64,000 bases of DNA from Azolla caroliniana. Its lineage: Eukaryota > Plantae > Polypodiophyta. Made by a program: the position numbers and the translations under genes. The notes under the pieces were generated by a model. That model did not search any database. It was not told the origin of the DNA and worked only from the letters and a program-made list of their open reading frames with translations. This document shows, piece by piece, positions 24,130-37,892 of this stretch. The stretch is from assembly GCA_043228905.1 (NCBI GenBank), contig JBHGNT010000015.1, positions 6,138,001 to 6,202,000 on the forward strand. The letters are read 5' to 3'. Positions within the stretch are counted from its first letter, which is position 1. Each line of letters starts with the position of its first letter.

Positions 24130-26574
24130 GATAACATATGATATATTATATGAAGAGTAAGTACAAAATAGCTATGAGGCTTAAGACTGGCATTGAACCA
24201 ATTTGGTTCAAAATAATGCCTTGTGCCTCCTTTTATAGTGCTCTCAGGAGTAGTCCTGAAGCTTCTAGAATGTTCTAGAGAAATCTGGAATATACATTAA
24301 TTTTCTATAGTAAAACTTAAATGAAAATAATATCCGACGTATTACAATAGATAGTGTAATGGTCAAGAGCTCGACCCATATAACATAAGGTCATGGGTTT
24401 GAGTCTTTCCATATCATGACACTATCCCCCCCTTGAGACAAAGAGTGTAACAAGTTGGCGTTGATTGAGGACCGGGTTTGTCCGGATACTATAGGTGGAA
24501 ACCAGCAAGAAGATCCTGAGCATTGCCGACATGCTCGACGGGTTCCAAAGTACGTTCGCTCAAACTATAGCCGAGCCAATCGACCAAATAATAAAGTTTG
24601 TCGAGGACAGCAGTAATTTCATACTCCAGGCCGGCGTCCAACTCAAGTGGGGGTGGCGGTGGTGTAACACGATCGGGAATAGTGTTGGCCTTATAAGGTT
24701 CAAGAAGAGAACTACGGAAGACCCGATGTATCTGAAGGTGCAGAGGAAGATCAAGGCAGAACGTGACCTCATTAATGTTACCAGTAATACGGAAAGGACC
24801 AAGTCGTCGATAGTCCAATTTGTCGCACGGTCAAGTAGTCTTGATATGAGACGTAAGAGCCATACTCAATCTCTGATGGCAAAAGAGGAGGGAAGTCGAT
24901 CATGATCCGCATAAGTCTTCTGTGTGTGTTGAGCATGTTGAAGATGACCAGATAGATCCATCTGAATCTTTTGCATAGCCTCTCCAAATGATCCTCAGCA
25001 CGAGGATTGGTAGGTAGCTCCAAGGTGTCAATCACAAACCAGCGAGGATGAAAACCGGTATAAGCATAAAATGGGGAGACTCGAGTTGAGGAGTGAATAG
25101 TGTTATTATAAACAAACTCCGCAAAGTGGAGAATATCAGCCCAATCGTCCTGTTGGTAACTCAGAAAACACGGGAGGTATTGTTCCAACGTTTGATTTGT
25201 TCGTTCTGGTTGCCCATCGGTCTAGGGATGGTAGTTGGGGGAGAGGTTGTAAGAGACCTTGAGCATCTTAAAGAGATGCGTCCAAAATTTGGAGACAAAT
25301 TGAGGTCCTCGATCACTTATGATACTGTCTGGGAGGCCAGGATGCCAAAATACCTCACGCATGACAAGGGTGGCGGTTTCTTCACTTGTGATGGCCTTAG
25401 TACAAGGCACAAAATGTGCCATCTTAGTATATCGGTCGACGACGGTTAAGATAGCATCGAAACCCTTCGAGACTGGAAGATCTGTGATAAAATCAAGACA
25501 AATAGACTACCACGACTTACTTGGAATTGGTAAGGATTCCAACAAGCCATATGGATGATGTCGTGGCATCTTTGCTCAGCACCAAGCATCACAGGTCCGA
25601 ACGTAGTCGTCGACAAAACGTTGCATATGGGGCCACCAAAAATATCGTTGAACTAGATCCAACGTCTTAGTACTACCGAAATGTCCCGTTATATGGGTGT
25701 CGTGACAATTTTGGACGATTTGAAGGCGACAAGAGCAATCAGGAACATATACGAGCTTTTTAAAGAATAACAAACCATCATGATATTCGAATTGTCGGTA
25801 GTCCATACCTGGTTGTTGAGACTGGGAACTGGATGCCCGAGAGGTATCAATTTGCACTAGATTGAGCAAAAATGTCCGTCTTCAAGTTGGCACGTATGGT
25901 ATCGATAATCCGGGAATCTAGTGGAGTGTGAAAAATCCGTGTTGTGTGCAAACATGTTGGTCCCAAGACTACCTGCTTTTGATTATCAAATGCTAGATCA
26001 CCAGGACGAGGTGCAAGATATGAACATCGCGATAGTGCATCTGCTTTTCCTTGCTGCTTCCCCGGCCGATATGTGATTTTGAAGTCAAAACGCGTGAGGA
26101 ATTGGGCCCACTGAGCTTGCCGTCGATTTAGTACACGAGTGTTCTGGAAATAAGCAAGATTTTTATGATCACTGAAGACGATGACCTGATGTGGAGAGCC
26201 CTCTAAGAAGTGTCGCCATTGCAAAAATGAATCCACAATGGCTAATAACTCCTTGTCATGTATCTCATAGTTGATTTCAGCGGCATCAAATTTGCGCGAA
26301 TGGAAAGCCACAGGATGTAACTTTTCTTTATCTCCTTGTTGTGAAAGGATGCTACCGAGGGCAAAATCCGATGCGTCGGTCTCCATGATGAATGGTTTGT
26401 TTGTATCCACATGAGCTAGAATAAGAGCTGATGTAAAGGCTTTCTTAAGATGCATAAAAGCCATGTCTACTTCATTGGACCAAAGAAACATTTGTCCCTT
26501 CTTGGTAAGTTGTGTGAGAGGCAAAATAATCTTCGAGTAATCTTGTATAAACTTGCGATAGAAGTTAGCAAAGC

Positions 26575-29500
26575 TGTTTGGAAATAGGTCCCTCCGGATG
26601 GGAAGTGAGAAGAACAATGTTGATGAGAATCGGATGAAGAGTCCCTCGGCCGAAACCGGATAAAGAGTACCCGGTTACGGAAGACCCGGTGAGAACCAGA
26701 TGAAGAGTACCCGGATGCGGAGGACCCGGTGAGAACCGGATGAGGAGTACCCGGCAAGAACCGGATGGTGAAGGCCCGGTGAGAAATGCTCACCGGATGA
26801 AGGGACATATTCGTAAATATGTTTCTGAGAGTCCATCGGGGCTATATTTGTAAATAGCCGAAAAGTTATATTAGTATAAATATGATTTAGGGCAAACTTT
26901 GTTTTTATGGATGTTGTCATTCTTGTTGGTAAAAGACTAGAGAGCGCGTAACAGTGTACAGAGAGGGAGAGAGAGAGGAAGAGGTTGTTTCCTCTGTTGT
27001 AACCGCCGCCTGTGGCGAAGATCGTGAGCACGAGGTCGTTGCCTCTATGAGCTCACTGTTGTAATCATTGTGATATAGTGATAGTTTGGAGTCTGTGGAC
27101 TCCTGTGGTTTTTCCCTCTCAAGGTTTTCCACGTTAAACATCTTGTGTACTCTTCTCTCCTTTGTGTCGTTGCTTCATTCCCCATTTTCTGTGTTTGATT
27201 CTAAGCTCGGTTGAGGCCGAGCATTACGCAGGGAGCGTGTAGTTCCTGTCAAGTGGTATTAGAGCAAAACGACACAAAAAATGGACGATTCGTTGGGAGG
27301 CATGTTCAAGCTCACCAGCTCCAACTATTCGGTGTGGATGTCGAAGATGAGGGACATGCTTGTGGTTAAAGATCTTTGGTTGCCGGTTCAGTTCGGGGAC
27401 AAGAGACCGGACAAAATCGACGCCACGATATGGGAGGTGATGCACATGAAGACAACGACGTACATACGGTGCTTCATCGACATGAGCCTATACAACAACT
27501 TCAATGAAGAGAGCAAGGCTCATGAGCTCTAGGAGAAGATCGGCATTATATTTCAAAACAAAAATGTTGTTAATCAGGTTTCGGTATTCCGGAAGCTAGT
27601 AAGACTCCGGTACCAAGATGGCTCCAGCATGGCGGAGCACATGAATGCCTTCCAGGGGCTGATCCACCAGGCAACATCATTGGAAGTACCTCTCGCCGAT
27701 GAGGTACTAGCGCTACTCCTGCTTGGTTCCCTCCCGGATAGCTGGGAGACGTTGGTTGTCACTTTGGGCAACGCCGTCCCAGAAGGGAAATGGTTATCCC
27801 TCGCAAGAGTGAAGTCGAACTTGCTAGATGAGGAGGCGCGTCGGAAAGATAAGGATACGACCTCCGACTCCAAAGCGCTCCTTACCGAATTGGAACGCGG
27901 AAGACATAGAAACCGTAGTCCCCAGAACCGGGAAAAGTCGGGGACACGGTCAAAGTCAAGGGGGAGGCCTACTTGCTTCTATTGCGGCAAGCCGGGACAC
28001 TTCCAGAAGTACTGTCGGCATTTCCGGAAAGACAAGGAAACAAACGGTACCGATTTGAAGTGGACACCGGACCGGAACGGTAAAGACCGGAGGGGAACGG
28101 ACTGAAAGGGAACAACGGCAATCGCGGCAAGTGAAGAAGAGTTGATGCTCATCACCGAGGAGAGTGAGATAAACCTTGTCGGCGACGAGATGACCTGGGT
28201 GGTCAACTCCAGAGCGTCGTTCCACCTTACCCCGGACCGGAAATGCTTCTCATCCTACTCAACCGGTGATCACGGCTGTGTCCGGATGGGGAATGAAGGT
28301 ACATGCCGAATTTTCAGCATAGGAGACGTGTGGCTGACAACACCAACCGGATGCACGATGCTGCTGAAGGATGTCTGACACATTCCGGAGGTTCGTCTGA
28401 ACCTGATATCAGCCGGTCAGCTAGATGATGAAGGCTACACGGGTAGCATCCGGAACGGTGTTATGAAGTTCAGCAAAGGGAGCTTGATTGTGGCTCGGGC
28501 CCGGAAGGTAAACACGTTGTACCTGATGAATGCCCGGTTATGTCCGGAGGAAGTGAACGTGGCATCCGACACTGCCGGTGAGCTGTGGCACAATAAGCTG
28601 TGTCACATGAGCGAGAAGGGGATGAAGAGGCTTGCAGACGACAACCTCATTCCAGTGAAGAACATGCACTTGGAGAAGTGCACTGATTGTCTGGCCGGTA
28701 AGCAAAACCGGACCTCCTTCCGACCAAGGCCACCGATGAGACGTAATGCACCACTGGAGTTGGTGCATACTGATGTGTGTCAAGTGGACACGAAGTCACA
28801 TGCAGGATCGCAGTACTTCGTGACGTTCATAGATGACCACAACTGGAAGCTGTGGGCCACACCGTTGAAGACGAAGGATCAAGTGTTATCCGTCTTCAAA
28901 GAGCTCCACGCGAGAGTGGAAAGAGAAACCGGCCGGAAGCTGAAGGCGGTTCGAGCAGATAACGGAGGTGAATACCGGGGGCAGTTCAAGGAGTACTGTC
29001 GCTCGAAGGGAATACGGCTCGAATTTACCGTGCCAAAGACGCCGGAACTAAACGGGTTGGCCGAGAGGATGAATCGGACCATAATGGAGAGGGTCCGGAG
29101 TATGTTGGCGCATGCAAAACTACCCAAGAAGTTTTAAGCTGAGGCACTATCGACGGTGACATATGTGATAAACAGATCACCCTCAGTACCCTTGGACGGA
29201 GACACGCCACAGAGAGTATGGACCGGTAAGGAAGTATCCTACCGACATCTGAAGGTATTCGGGTGTCTTGCGTATGTGCATGTAGCTAAGGACCGGAGAG
29301 GAAAACTAGATCCGAGACCCGGCCATGCATATTCCTCGGTTACGGCGACGATGAGTTCGGCTACCGAGTGTGGGACCTAGTCGACAAGAAGGTATTCCGG
29401 AGTCGAGATATTATCTTCATGGAGGACAAGACGCTCGCCAACTGGGAGTCGGAGAAGAAGATAATGAACTCCGAGTCGACCGGTAAGGATCGATTCTACG

Positions 29501-31943
29501 ATGAGCAGACCCAACTGGCAAGAGACCGGTTAGCACTCGAGGAACTAGCCGGTTACGGTGAGAATACCAAACCGGCAAAAGAAGAAGTAGAGGAAGCTTG
29601 AATCGGAACCAACCAAGACCCCGAATCGGATTCAGATGAAGATCAAATAAAGGAGCCGGTTGCCGAAAGCCAAAGACGGAGATATCCTCTAATAGAGAGA
29701 AGGGCCCCCCGGAGATTTCTGGATGCAGAGCATGTGCTACTGACCGACGAGGGAGAACCGGAAAGCTTCGAAGAAGCGAAGGATGACATCCACAACTGCA
29801 AATGGTTAAGTGTCATGCAGGATGAGATGGATTCCTTGCATGAGAACCATATGTACGAACTGGTGGAGTTGTCGAAAGGAAAGCGAGCACTCCGAAACAA
29901 GTGGGTGTACAAGTTGAAACCGGGAGATGCCGGAAACCCCCCGAGATACAAAGCCAGGATCGTGGTGAAGGGGTTCCAGCAGAAGAAGGGCGTGGACTTC
30001 GACGAGATATTTTCCCTGATAGTAAAGATGACCTCCATCCGGACGGTGCTGAGTATAGCGGCAAGCATGGACCTCGAGGTAGAGCAGTTGGATGTGAAGA
30101 CGACATTTCTTCACAGTGACCTCGAAGAGGAGATCTACATGCAACAATCGGAAGGATTCGTGGAGAAAGGGAAGGAGCACCTGGTATGTCGGTTGAAGAA
30201 GAGCCTGTACGGACTGAAGCAGGCTCCCCGGCAATGGTACCGGAAGTTCGACTCCTTCATGACCAATCACTGTGTGTTTGTGAAGAAGTTCAAAGGAGGC
30301 GACTTCCTGATACTCCTTCTGTACGTAGACGACATGTTGATCGTCGGACGGGACCAAGCCAAAATACGGATGCTGAAGAAGGCTCTCAACCGGACCTTCT
30401 CAATGAAAGACTTGGGTCCGGCAAGACAGATGCTGGGGATGCATATTATCCGGAACCGGTCAGTGAAGCAATTGTGGTTGTCACAGGAGAAGTACATGAC
30501 AAAGGTGCTTCAGCGGTTCAATATGTCAAATGTGAAACCGGTCGGATCGACACTCCCGACAAACAACAGATTATCCGGTAAGTAAAGCCCGAAGACGAAA
30601 GCAGAGAAGGTTGGTATGATGAAGGCTCCATATGCCTCTGTCGTCGGGAGCTTAATGTACACAATGGTGTGTACTCGACCGGATATAGGATACGCAGTCG
30701 GAGTGGTGAGCCGGTTTATGAGCAATCCCAACAAGGAGCACTGGAATGCGGTCAAATGGATACTCCGGTACTTGAAGGGCACTTCAAATATGTGTCTCCG
30801 ATTCGGCTCCGGTAAACCTCAACTTGACGGTTTTACTGATTCGGACATGTCGGCTGATGTGGATACCAGCCGGTCTACATCCGGGTATGTAATGACATAT
30901 GCAGGGGGAGCTGTTTCGTGGCAGTCGAGGCTGCAGAAGACGGTTGCGTTGTCAACCACGGAGGCGGAGTACATGGCGGCTGTGGAAGCCAGCAAGGAAA
31001 TATTATGGATGAAGGACTTCATCGGAGAGCTCAGTATCTGGCAAGATGAATATCGGCTCTATTGCGACAGTCAAAGTACCATCCACCTTGCTAAGAATGC
31101 GGCCTACCATTCCCGGACGAAGCATATCCAGCATAGGTATCACTGGATCCGGGAAAGAGTAGATGACCAGGAGTTCGCACTGACGAAGATCCACACGGCC
31201 GAGAACGGGTCAGATATGCTCACCAAAGTACTGACACCTGACAAGTTGGATGCATGTCGGAAGCGGGTCGGACTAGTAAGACATCCCATGCCGGAGTGAA
31301 GGGGGAGTTTGTTAGGAAACAGGTCCCTCCGGATGGTAAGTGAGAAGAATAGTGTTGATGAAGAGTACCCGGTTACGGAAGACTCGATGAGAACCAGATG
31401 AAGAGTACCCGGCTGCGGAGGACCCGGTGAGAACCGGATGAGGAGTACCCGGCAAGAGCCGGATGGTGAAGGCCCGGTGAGAAGTGCTCACCGGATGAAG
31501 GGACATATTTTTAAATATGTTTCTGAGAGTCCATCGGGGCTATATTTGTAAATAGCCGAAAAGTCATATTAGTATTAATATGATTTAGGGCAAACTTTGT
31601 TTTTATGGATGTTGTCATTCTTGTTGGTAAAAGACTAGAGAGCGCGTAACAATGTACAGAGAGGGAGAGAGAGGAAGAGGTCGTTGCCTCTGTTGTAACC
31701 GCCGCCTATGGCGAAGATCGTGAGCACGAGGTCGTTGCCTCTGTGAGCTCACTGTTGTAATCATTGTGATATAGTGATAGTTTGGAGTCTGTGGACTCTC
31801 GTGGTTTTTCCCTCTCAGGGTTTTCCACGTTAAACATCCTGTGTACTCTTCTCTCCTTTGTGTCGTTGCTTCATTCCCCGTTTTCTGTGTTTGATTCTAA
31901 GCTCGGTTGAGGCCGAGCATTACGCAGGCAGCGTGTAGTTCCT
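26575..31943 (+). mobile_element. Copia element G, Tnt1/Tork-like, full-length but with stops and frameshifts, inserted at the RT/RNase H junction of F
   Basis: LTRs 26575-27251 and 31310-31943, PBS TGGTATTAGAGC 27254-27265, PPT GAAGGGGGAG. pol is very similar to C. Host QYFLG/FANF rejoins; the last 4 LTR bases and one TSD copy are missing. Confidence 0.92.
27281..31299 (+). pseudogene. gag-pol pseudogene of element G
   Basis: Fragments 27281-27532, 27629-28105, 28142-28378, 28463-29137, 29156-29601, 29734-30585 and 30616-31299. Confidence 0.9.
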
Positions 31944-33318
31944 CTAGGAAATATTGTACATCTCGTAACGAACGTGGAGTTTGCCACTCTAGCACAGTTT
32001 TGACTTTAGCTGGATCCATGGAGATGCCCTTTGAGGAGATAACATAGCCTAGAAATTCCACTTGCTTGCAGTCAAAGCTACATTTTTCCAGTTTGGCATA
32101 AAGACCATTCTCTCGGAGTCGTTTTAGTACTAATAGTACATGAGAATCATGCTCTTCCTGGGTCTTTGAATAAATCAATAGATCATCCAGATAGATGATC
32201 AAACAGATATCCAAGAGGTCTTTTAATATATCATTTGCCATGTGCTAGAAGACTACGGGTGCATTGGTTAGACCGACCGACATAACGGTATACTCGAAGT
32301 GCCCATATCGGGTGCGAAAAGCGGTCTTCCATTCGTCTCCCGGTCGGATCCGCGCAAGGTTATACGCTCCTCGTAGATTGATTTTTGTAAAAAACTTGGC
32401 ACCATTTACTCACTCTAAAAGACTTGATATAAGGGGAAGTGCATACCTATTTCTAATGGTGACCTTATTCAAGCTGCAGTAATCAACGACGAGACGAAGT
32501 GATCCATCTTTCTTCTTGACAAAGAAAATGGGTGCACCACCCGGAGATTTCGAGTGACGAATAAACCCGCTTGCCAAATTCTCTTATATGTAGGCTCGAA
32601 GGACTTCTAACTCAGTTGGTGACAAGTTGTAAATTGTTCCCCATGGTGGCTCTGTTCCTAGTTGTAAATTGATGGGACAATCGTAGGGACAATGATGAGG
32701 AAGAGTACCGCCTTTTATCTTGTCAAATACATCGGCATAAGGATGATATTTCGCTGGAAGTTGAACTAAAGATTCCTTAGTATTGCTGGAAGGATGTATT
32801 GATATTGCAAATAGAAACATTGCCTCCTTGCGTCCTTCTTCGCATAATTGATGGAGTGAAATGGTCGAAACTCGATGAGTAGATTCTCGGGGTTGTCGAT
32901 ACCAGACTTCTCTTGTTCTCCAATCTATGTCTGGATTATGTAATTCAAACCAAGGTAATCATCACAGGACAATGGGATGCTCTGGACCATAGTATGAACC
33001 ATACGTACCATTCGTGCATTCGTGTTCGAGAATGATAAACACCCTCGAAGAATGATAAATACCATACTTTTGGATAAATGATTTACTATAAGGTAAATAA
33101 TTTTTCACGGTAAAAAAAAATTTTAAAAATTGCAAAAAAAAAACACATTACCTTCTTAATAACAACTATCCAAAATTCTAATAACAACTATCCAAAATGC
33201 CTACTCTTCAAAAAAATCTCAATGAGGTGTTACATCAAAACGAGCATTCCTAATCTTCATTCAAGGTGATATCATCATCTTCAAAATCATCATCCTCATC
33301 TTGTGCATCATCATCAAG

Positions 33319-35330
33319 CTAAGCCATCACATTGGTGAGGCTCTCATTTTCATCAACTTCTTGTGTTTCTTGTTCACTTTGCAACACCAATAATCGTTCT
33401 TCATCATTTTCTTTCTCAATCATGTCAATAGTAGCCTCAATAGGATTGAAACCTCTTTCTTTAATCTTCTTAAGAATACGAAGATTTGTGTGCAAAAAAA
33501 CCAATTTTTGCACATGATTTGAACTCAATCTATTTCTCCTTTTAGTATGTATTAATGAAAATGTACTCCAATTCCTTTCACAAGACGATGCACTTGTACC
33601 TTGAGATAACACTCTAATTGCAAGTTTCTTCAAATTGGGAGTGCTTGCTCCAAAAGTTTCCCACCATTTGATTGGTGTGCTTAATCTATTAGCATCCTTT
33701 GCAAATGGAACTTGAAACAAATCTTATGCTTGTTTTCTATATGCATAAAACCCATCTAACAAAGAATTTTGTAAAACTATATTACCACTAGCATAAAGCA
33801 TGACTGTTTTCATCCAGTCCATTTGTAAATCATGATCTATTTCTTGATCATTTGCTGTCCATAATGGATGCAAGACATATCCCGTTGCATGCAATGGCGA
33901 TTCCAACATTGTTAGTCTATGTATGCAACACTCTTTTATTTCATCAAGCTTCATAGGATCAATATTTGTCATATTGTTTATCTCCATCAACATTTGTTGT
34001 TTAAATTGATAAATCAATCCCATTGTAGCACCTTCCCTATCAGTCAAACGAAGAAGCTTTAAAATTGGTTTGCATACCTTCACAATCATCTTTACATCTA
34101 CCCAAAAGTTAGCATCCAATACAATTGAAACCATCTCTTCTGCTTTCTTTGTTTTGGCACCATTCCAATTGCACCATTGTTCACTAACCACCATTCTTCT
34201 CAAACCACCATAAAATTTATCATCCAACAAATTGGATAACACAATAAAACTGTAAGAAAACCTAGTCGTAGAAGGTTTAAGCAAGTCTTTTCCACTAAAC
34301 TTGCGAAACATGGCCAAAGCATATTGTTTTCTAGTTATGAAACCACTAATCTTCATAGCTGATCGCAAAATGGCATCAATCCAAGCACATTTTGCAATAT
34401 CCTCCAACAACAAATCAACACAATGGCAAGTGCATCTAGTGTAAATTATAGATGGCCACTCCTTTTCTATCATATGTCCCGCAACCACACAATTTGCAAC
34501 ATTATCCATACAAACTTGAACTACATTTGATGGTCCAACTTCAAGAATAGTATCCTTCAAAATTTTAAATATTTATTCACCTGTCTTGACATGACCACTT
34601 GTATCTATTGATTTCAAAAACATTGTGCCATGTAGTGAAGAAGCTAAAACATTAATAATTGGTCTATTTCTAGTGTCTGACCAACCATCACTAACAATAG
34701 TGCATCCATATGTCTTCCAACTCTCTTTCAACAATATAAGATCATGCTCAACATTTACAACTACTCCATTAAGATATTTCTTACGCAATTGATAAGCAGA
34801 AGGTGCTTTAAATGAAGGACCCACTTTTGAAATAGCCATAAGCATATCATGGAAAAATGAGCTTTCCACTTTCCGATGTGCAATATCTTCCGCATAAAAA
34901 AATCTTGCAATAGCCTCTTCTACCTGTTTCCTCAATGCCAATTCAAAAGACATTGGGAGTGAACCACTCGTCTCTATTTTTTGCTTTTTAGTAGCCATTT
35001 TATTCATTGAAATGGAACTAGAAATAGAGGCATCTATTTTTAGCATTAACAATAGTATTACTATTTGCATCTGTTTGTACATCTGAATTCAAGTGATCAT
35101 TTCCATGAACCATTGCATTTTTTCATTGACTCCTCACGATATCACTTGCTTTTGTGCATTTTTCTACACCTTGTCCTCTTATTCCCAATATATGGGCCCT
35201 AATTCGATGAGGGCCACCAACAAAGACATGATTACAATATTTGCATTTCATCAAATGCGTTCTTTTTGCATTCTTTACCTAAATTAGAACATGTTCCCAC
35301 TCTAGGCCTTTTTGTCTACCCATTAGTTCC
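33319..35330 (-). pseudogene. hAT transposase (BED finger, DUF659-type core, C-terminal dimerisation domain) with in-frame stops
   Basis: KCKYCNH...RIRAH, GCTIVSDGWSD, CTCHCVDLLLEDI, WWETFG...SASSCERNWS. Stops near 34573 and 33724; start approximate. Confidence 0.88.
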
Positions 35331-35489
35331 TAAATTAATGTAAAACGTAAATATCAAAATCTATTTATTGTAATTTTTGTGTGTATAAATTTTGTACTAC
35401 ATAGCTTAGTATGTGTGTAGACATTACACGAATTACTTCAAAATGATAGAAATTATAGACAAATTAAAGCAATTACAAACTTTATAGAA

Positions 35490-35635
35490 TAATTTCATTA
35501 CAGAAATTTCATTACAGAAATTTCATTATAGAAATTTCAGAAATTTCATTCCAGAAATTTTATTACAGAAATTTCATTCCAGAAATTTCATTGCAGAAAT
35601 CATAGTACATAAAATTTGAGAAATTTCATTACAAA
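35490..35635. repeat. Subterminal tandem repeat (ACAGAAATTTCATT)n in hAT H
   Basis: Roughly 14-bp unit repeated with variants. Confidence 0.85.
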
Positions 35636-35772
35636 ACTTTAAACCCTATTATTTAATATTAACCCTAAATATACCTGAAGGCTAAATCTCGTTGGTATGC
35701 AGATCGTTCGAGACTAGGTGGGAGAGGAGAGGAGAGCGTAAAGTTACGTTGATGTGCAGAGGAAAAGGGGGA

Positions 35773-36348
35773 AAAAGAGGGAAAAAAGAAAAGAAAAAGG
35801 AAAAAAAGAAAAAGAAAGGAAAAAAAAACACACAAATATTTGAATATCATTCGTGTTCATTTTCCAACGTAGGAAAACGAATGATATGGCAGACGAAACG
35901 AATTTTACGTACTATGCTCTGGACTACTAATTATATTAAATGATACCACACATACAAAACTACCTAGGACAACTTGAATGGGTTCTGACTCTTCTATAAT
36001 ATTCCCAGAAGCAATGGGACAACCATCAATGACTACTACAGATGCGGGGCAAGGAAGTTTAGAGAGAAAAAAGAAAAAAAGAAAAGGAAAAAAAGAAAAA
36101 GAAAGGAAAAAAAAACACACGAATATTTGAATATCATTCGTGTTCGTTTTCCAACGTAGGAAAACAAATGATATGGCAAACGAACACGAATTTTACATAC
36201 TATGCTCTGGACTACTAATTATATTAAATGATACCACACACACAAAACTACGTAGGACAACCTGAATGGGTTCTGACTCTTCTATAATATTCCCAGAAGC
36301 AATGGGATGACCATCAATGACTACTACAGATGCGGGGCAAGGAAGTTT
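35773..36348. repeat. 288-bp tandem duplication of the hAT H terminus, its TSD and flanking protease DNA
   Basis: TACTATG-CTCTGGAC junction occurs at both 35916 and 36204. Confidence 0.9.
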
Positions 36349-37850
36349 TCTTAAGGATATCTGAGAAACTTTGGCAAAATTCTGATCCATGAAACAGGAA
36401 TTGGCTCCGAAATCTAAAAGTGCTAAGACGTGTACTGGAGGGGTACTTTTAGTACTAACCATGCCTTGGGCTAAGAACACATTGCTCACTTGCTTCGAGG
36501 TAATGGAACCACTAATGGGCTGCACAAATCGAGGGCTGTCCAACCAAATGGCTCCTATTTTGGTTGGACCAGTCGTTTAACTCTTCTTCTAATTGACTAA
36601 GGATTTCAAATTTGTTTGAGATTCCTAGGCTATTAGACACTCCTAAGGGAATTGACTCGGGTTTAGTATAGGCTACGATTTGATTTACCTGTTTTCTTGG
36701 CCTATGGGGATAGTTGATGGCGATATGCCCTGGTCCACCGCAATAAAGACATAATCGATTTGCACGTCGTCATTGCTTTTCTTCTTCCGATAACAGGCCA
36801 TGTCGATGCATGGTGTCGATCTCCATCGGTGTCGGAGTGTTTGCCTGAGATACATCTCGTGCAAACGGTTTAGCTACTACTGAGGCATATGTGGGCTCTG
36901 GCCTAGGGCGTGGTATTTGTAATTGACGTTCCGAACGTCATTCAAAAAGGCGGTTGTCGCATCGAACCGCTTGATTGATTGCCTCTATAAGAGACTTTGG
37001 TTCTTCGGGGAAGGTTTAAAGTAAATCTTTGACATCGTTTCATAGGCCATAGCGAAACTGCTCCATTAGTGCCTGATCATCCCAGGGAATATCTTAGGCG
37101 AGTAGACGGAAATCCGCGGCGTAGGCAGAGGCTAGACGATCACCTTGACACAATCGTCGGATTTTGTTGATCGTCGTCCTGATTTGTCGGTATCTCCAAA
37201 GCAGGCCTTAAACTCACTAATAAAGTCTTCAAAGTTATTAAGCAAGGGCGATTGTTTTTCTAGAAGCGGAGCGAACCATGCCAAGGCTGAGCTGCTAACC
37301 AACGTGCCTATTGAGGCCTACTCGGGATGCATCATTGGGGTATTGGGAAGGATGCATTTGAATGACTAAGCGTAACTGATTAAGGAATCCCCTGAATTGC
37401 GATCGTGTTCCAATCTTGGGCTCTTTATGAAATCCTTGGGGACTTGATCCTTGTTGTTGCAATGTTATGATGGTTGCTTCGAGTTGTTGTACACGTAATG
37501 CTAACTCCCCATGTTGTTGCTGCGTTTGTTGTTTTTCTAGAGCGATTTGTTGAAGATCCCCTAACAATCGTTGGTTTTCTTGTTCCAATGCAATTAATTT
37601 TTCTTTTAGACACTGTAGCTCGGAAAAAACATATTCATATTCTTGGGCGCTAATAGTAGCCATAGTATTGGAAGAAAAAAAATGGGTACGAGGATGAGGG
37701 AAACCGAAAAGAAGACTAGAGGACCAAATTGGTTCAAACTGTCAAGAATAGTACTAAAACAGAGAGAGAATTAGTACTGGAGAAGGGAAGTACTATTAGT
37801 ACTAAGAGGAGACGGGACTGTGTAAGACTCCTGAGAGAGGAAAAGAGAAA

Positions 37851-37892
<42 letters not shown>

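Larger units (their letters stand above)
32988..35916 (-). mobile_element. hAT DNA transposon H inserted in the protease of F
   Basis: TIRs CATAGTATG / CGTACTATG and 8-bp TSD CTCTGGAC (32980-32987, 35917-35924). Host IISSPE/HPIVL rejoins. Confidence 0.93.
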
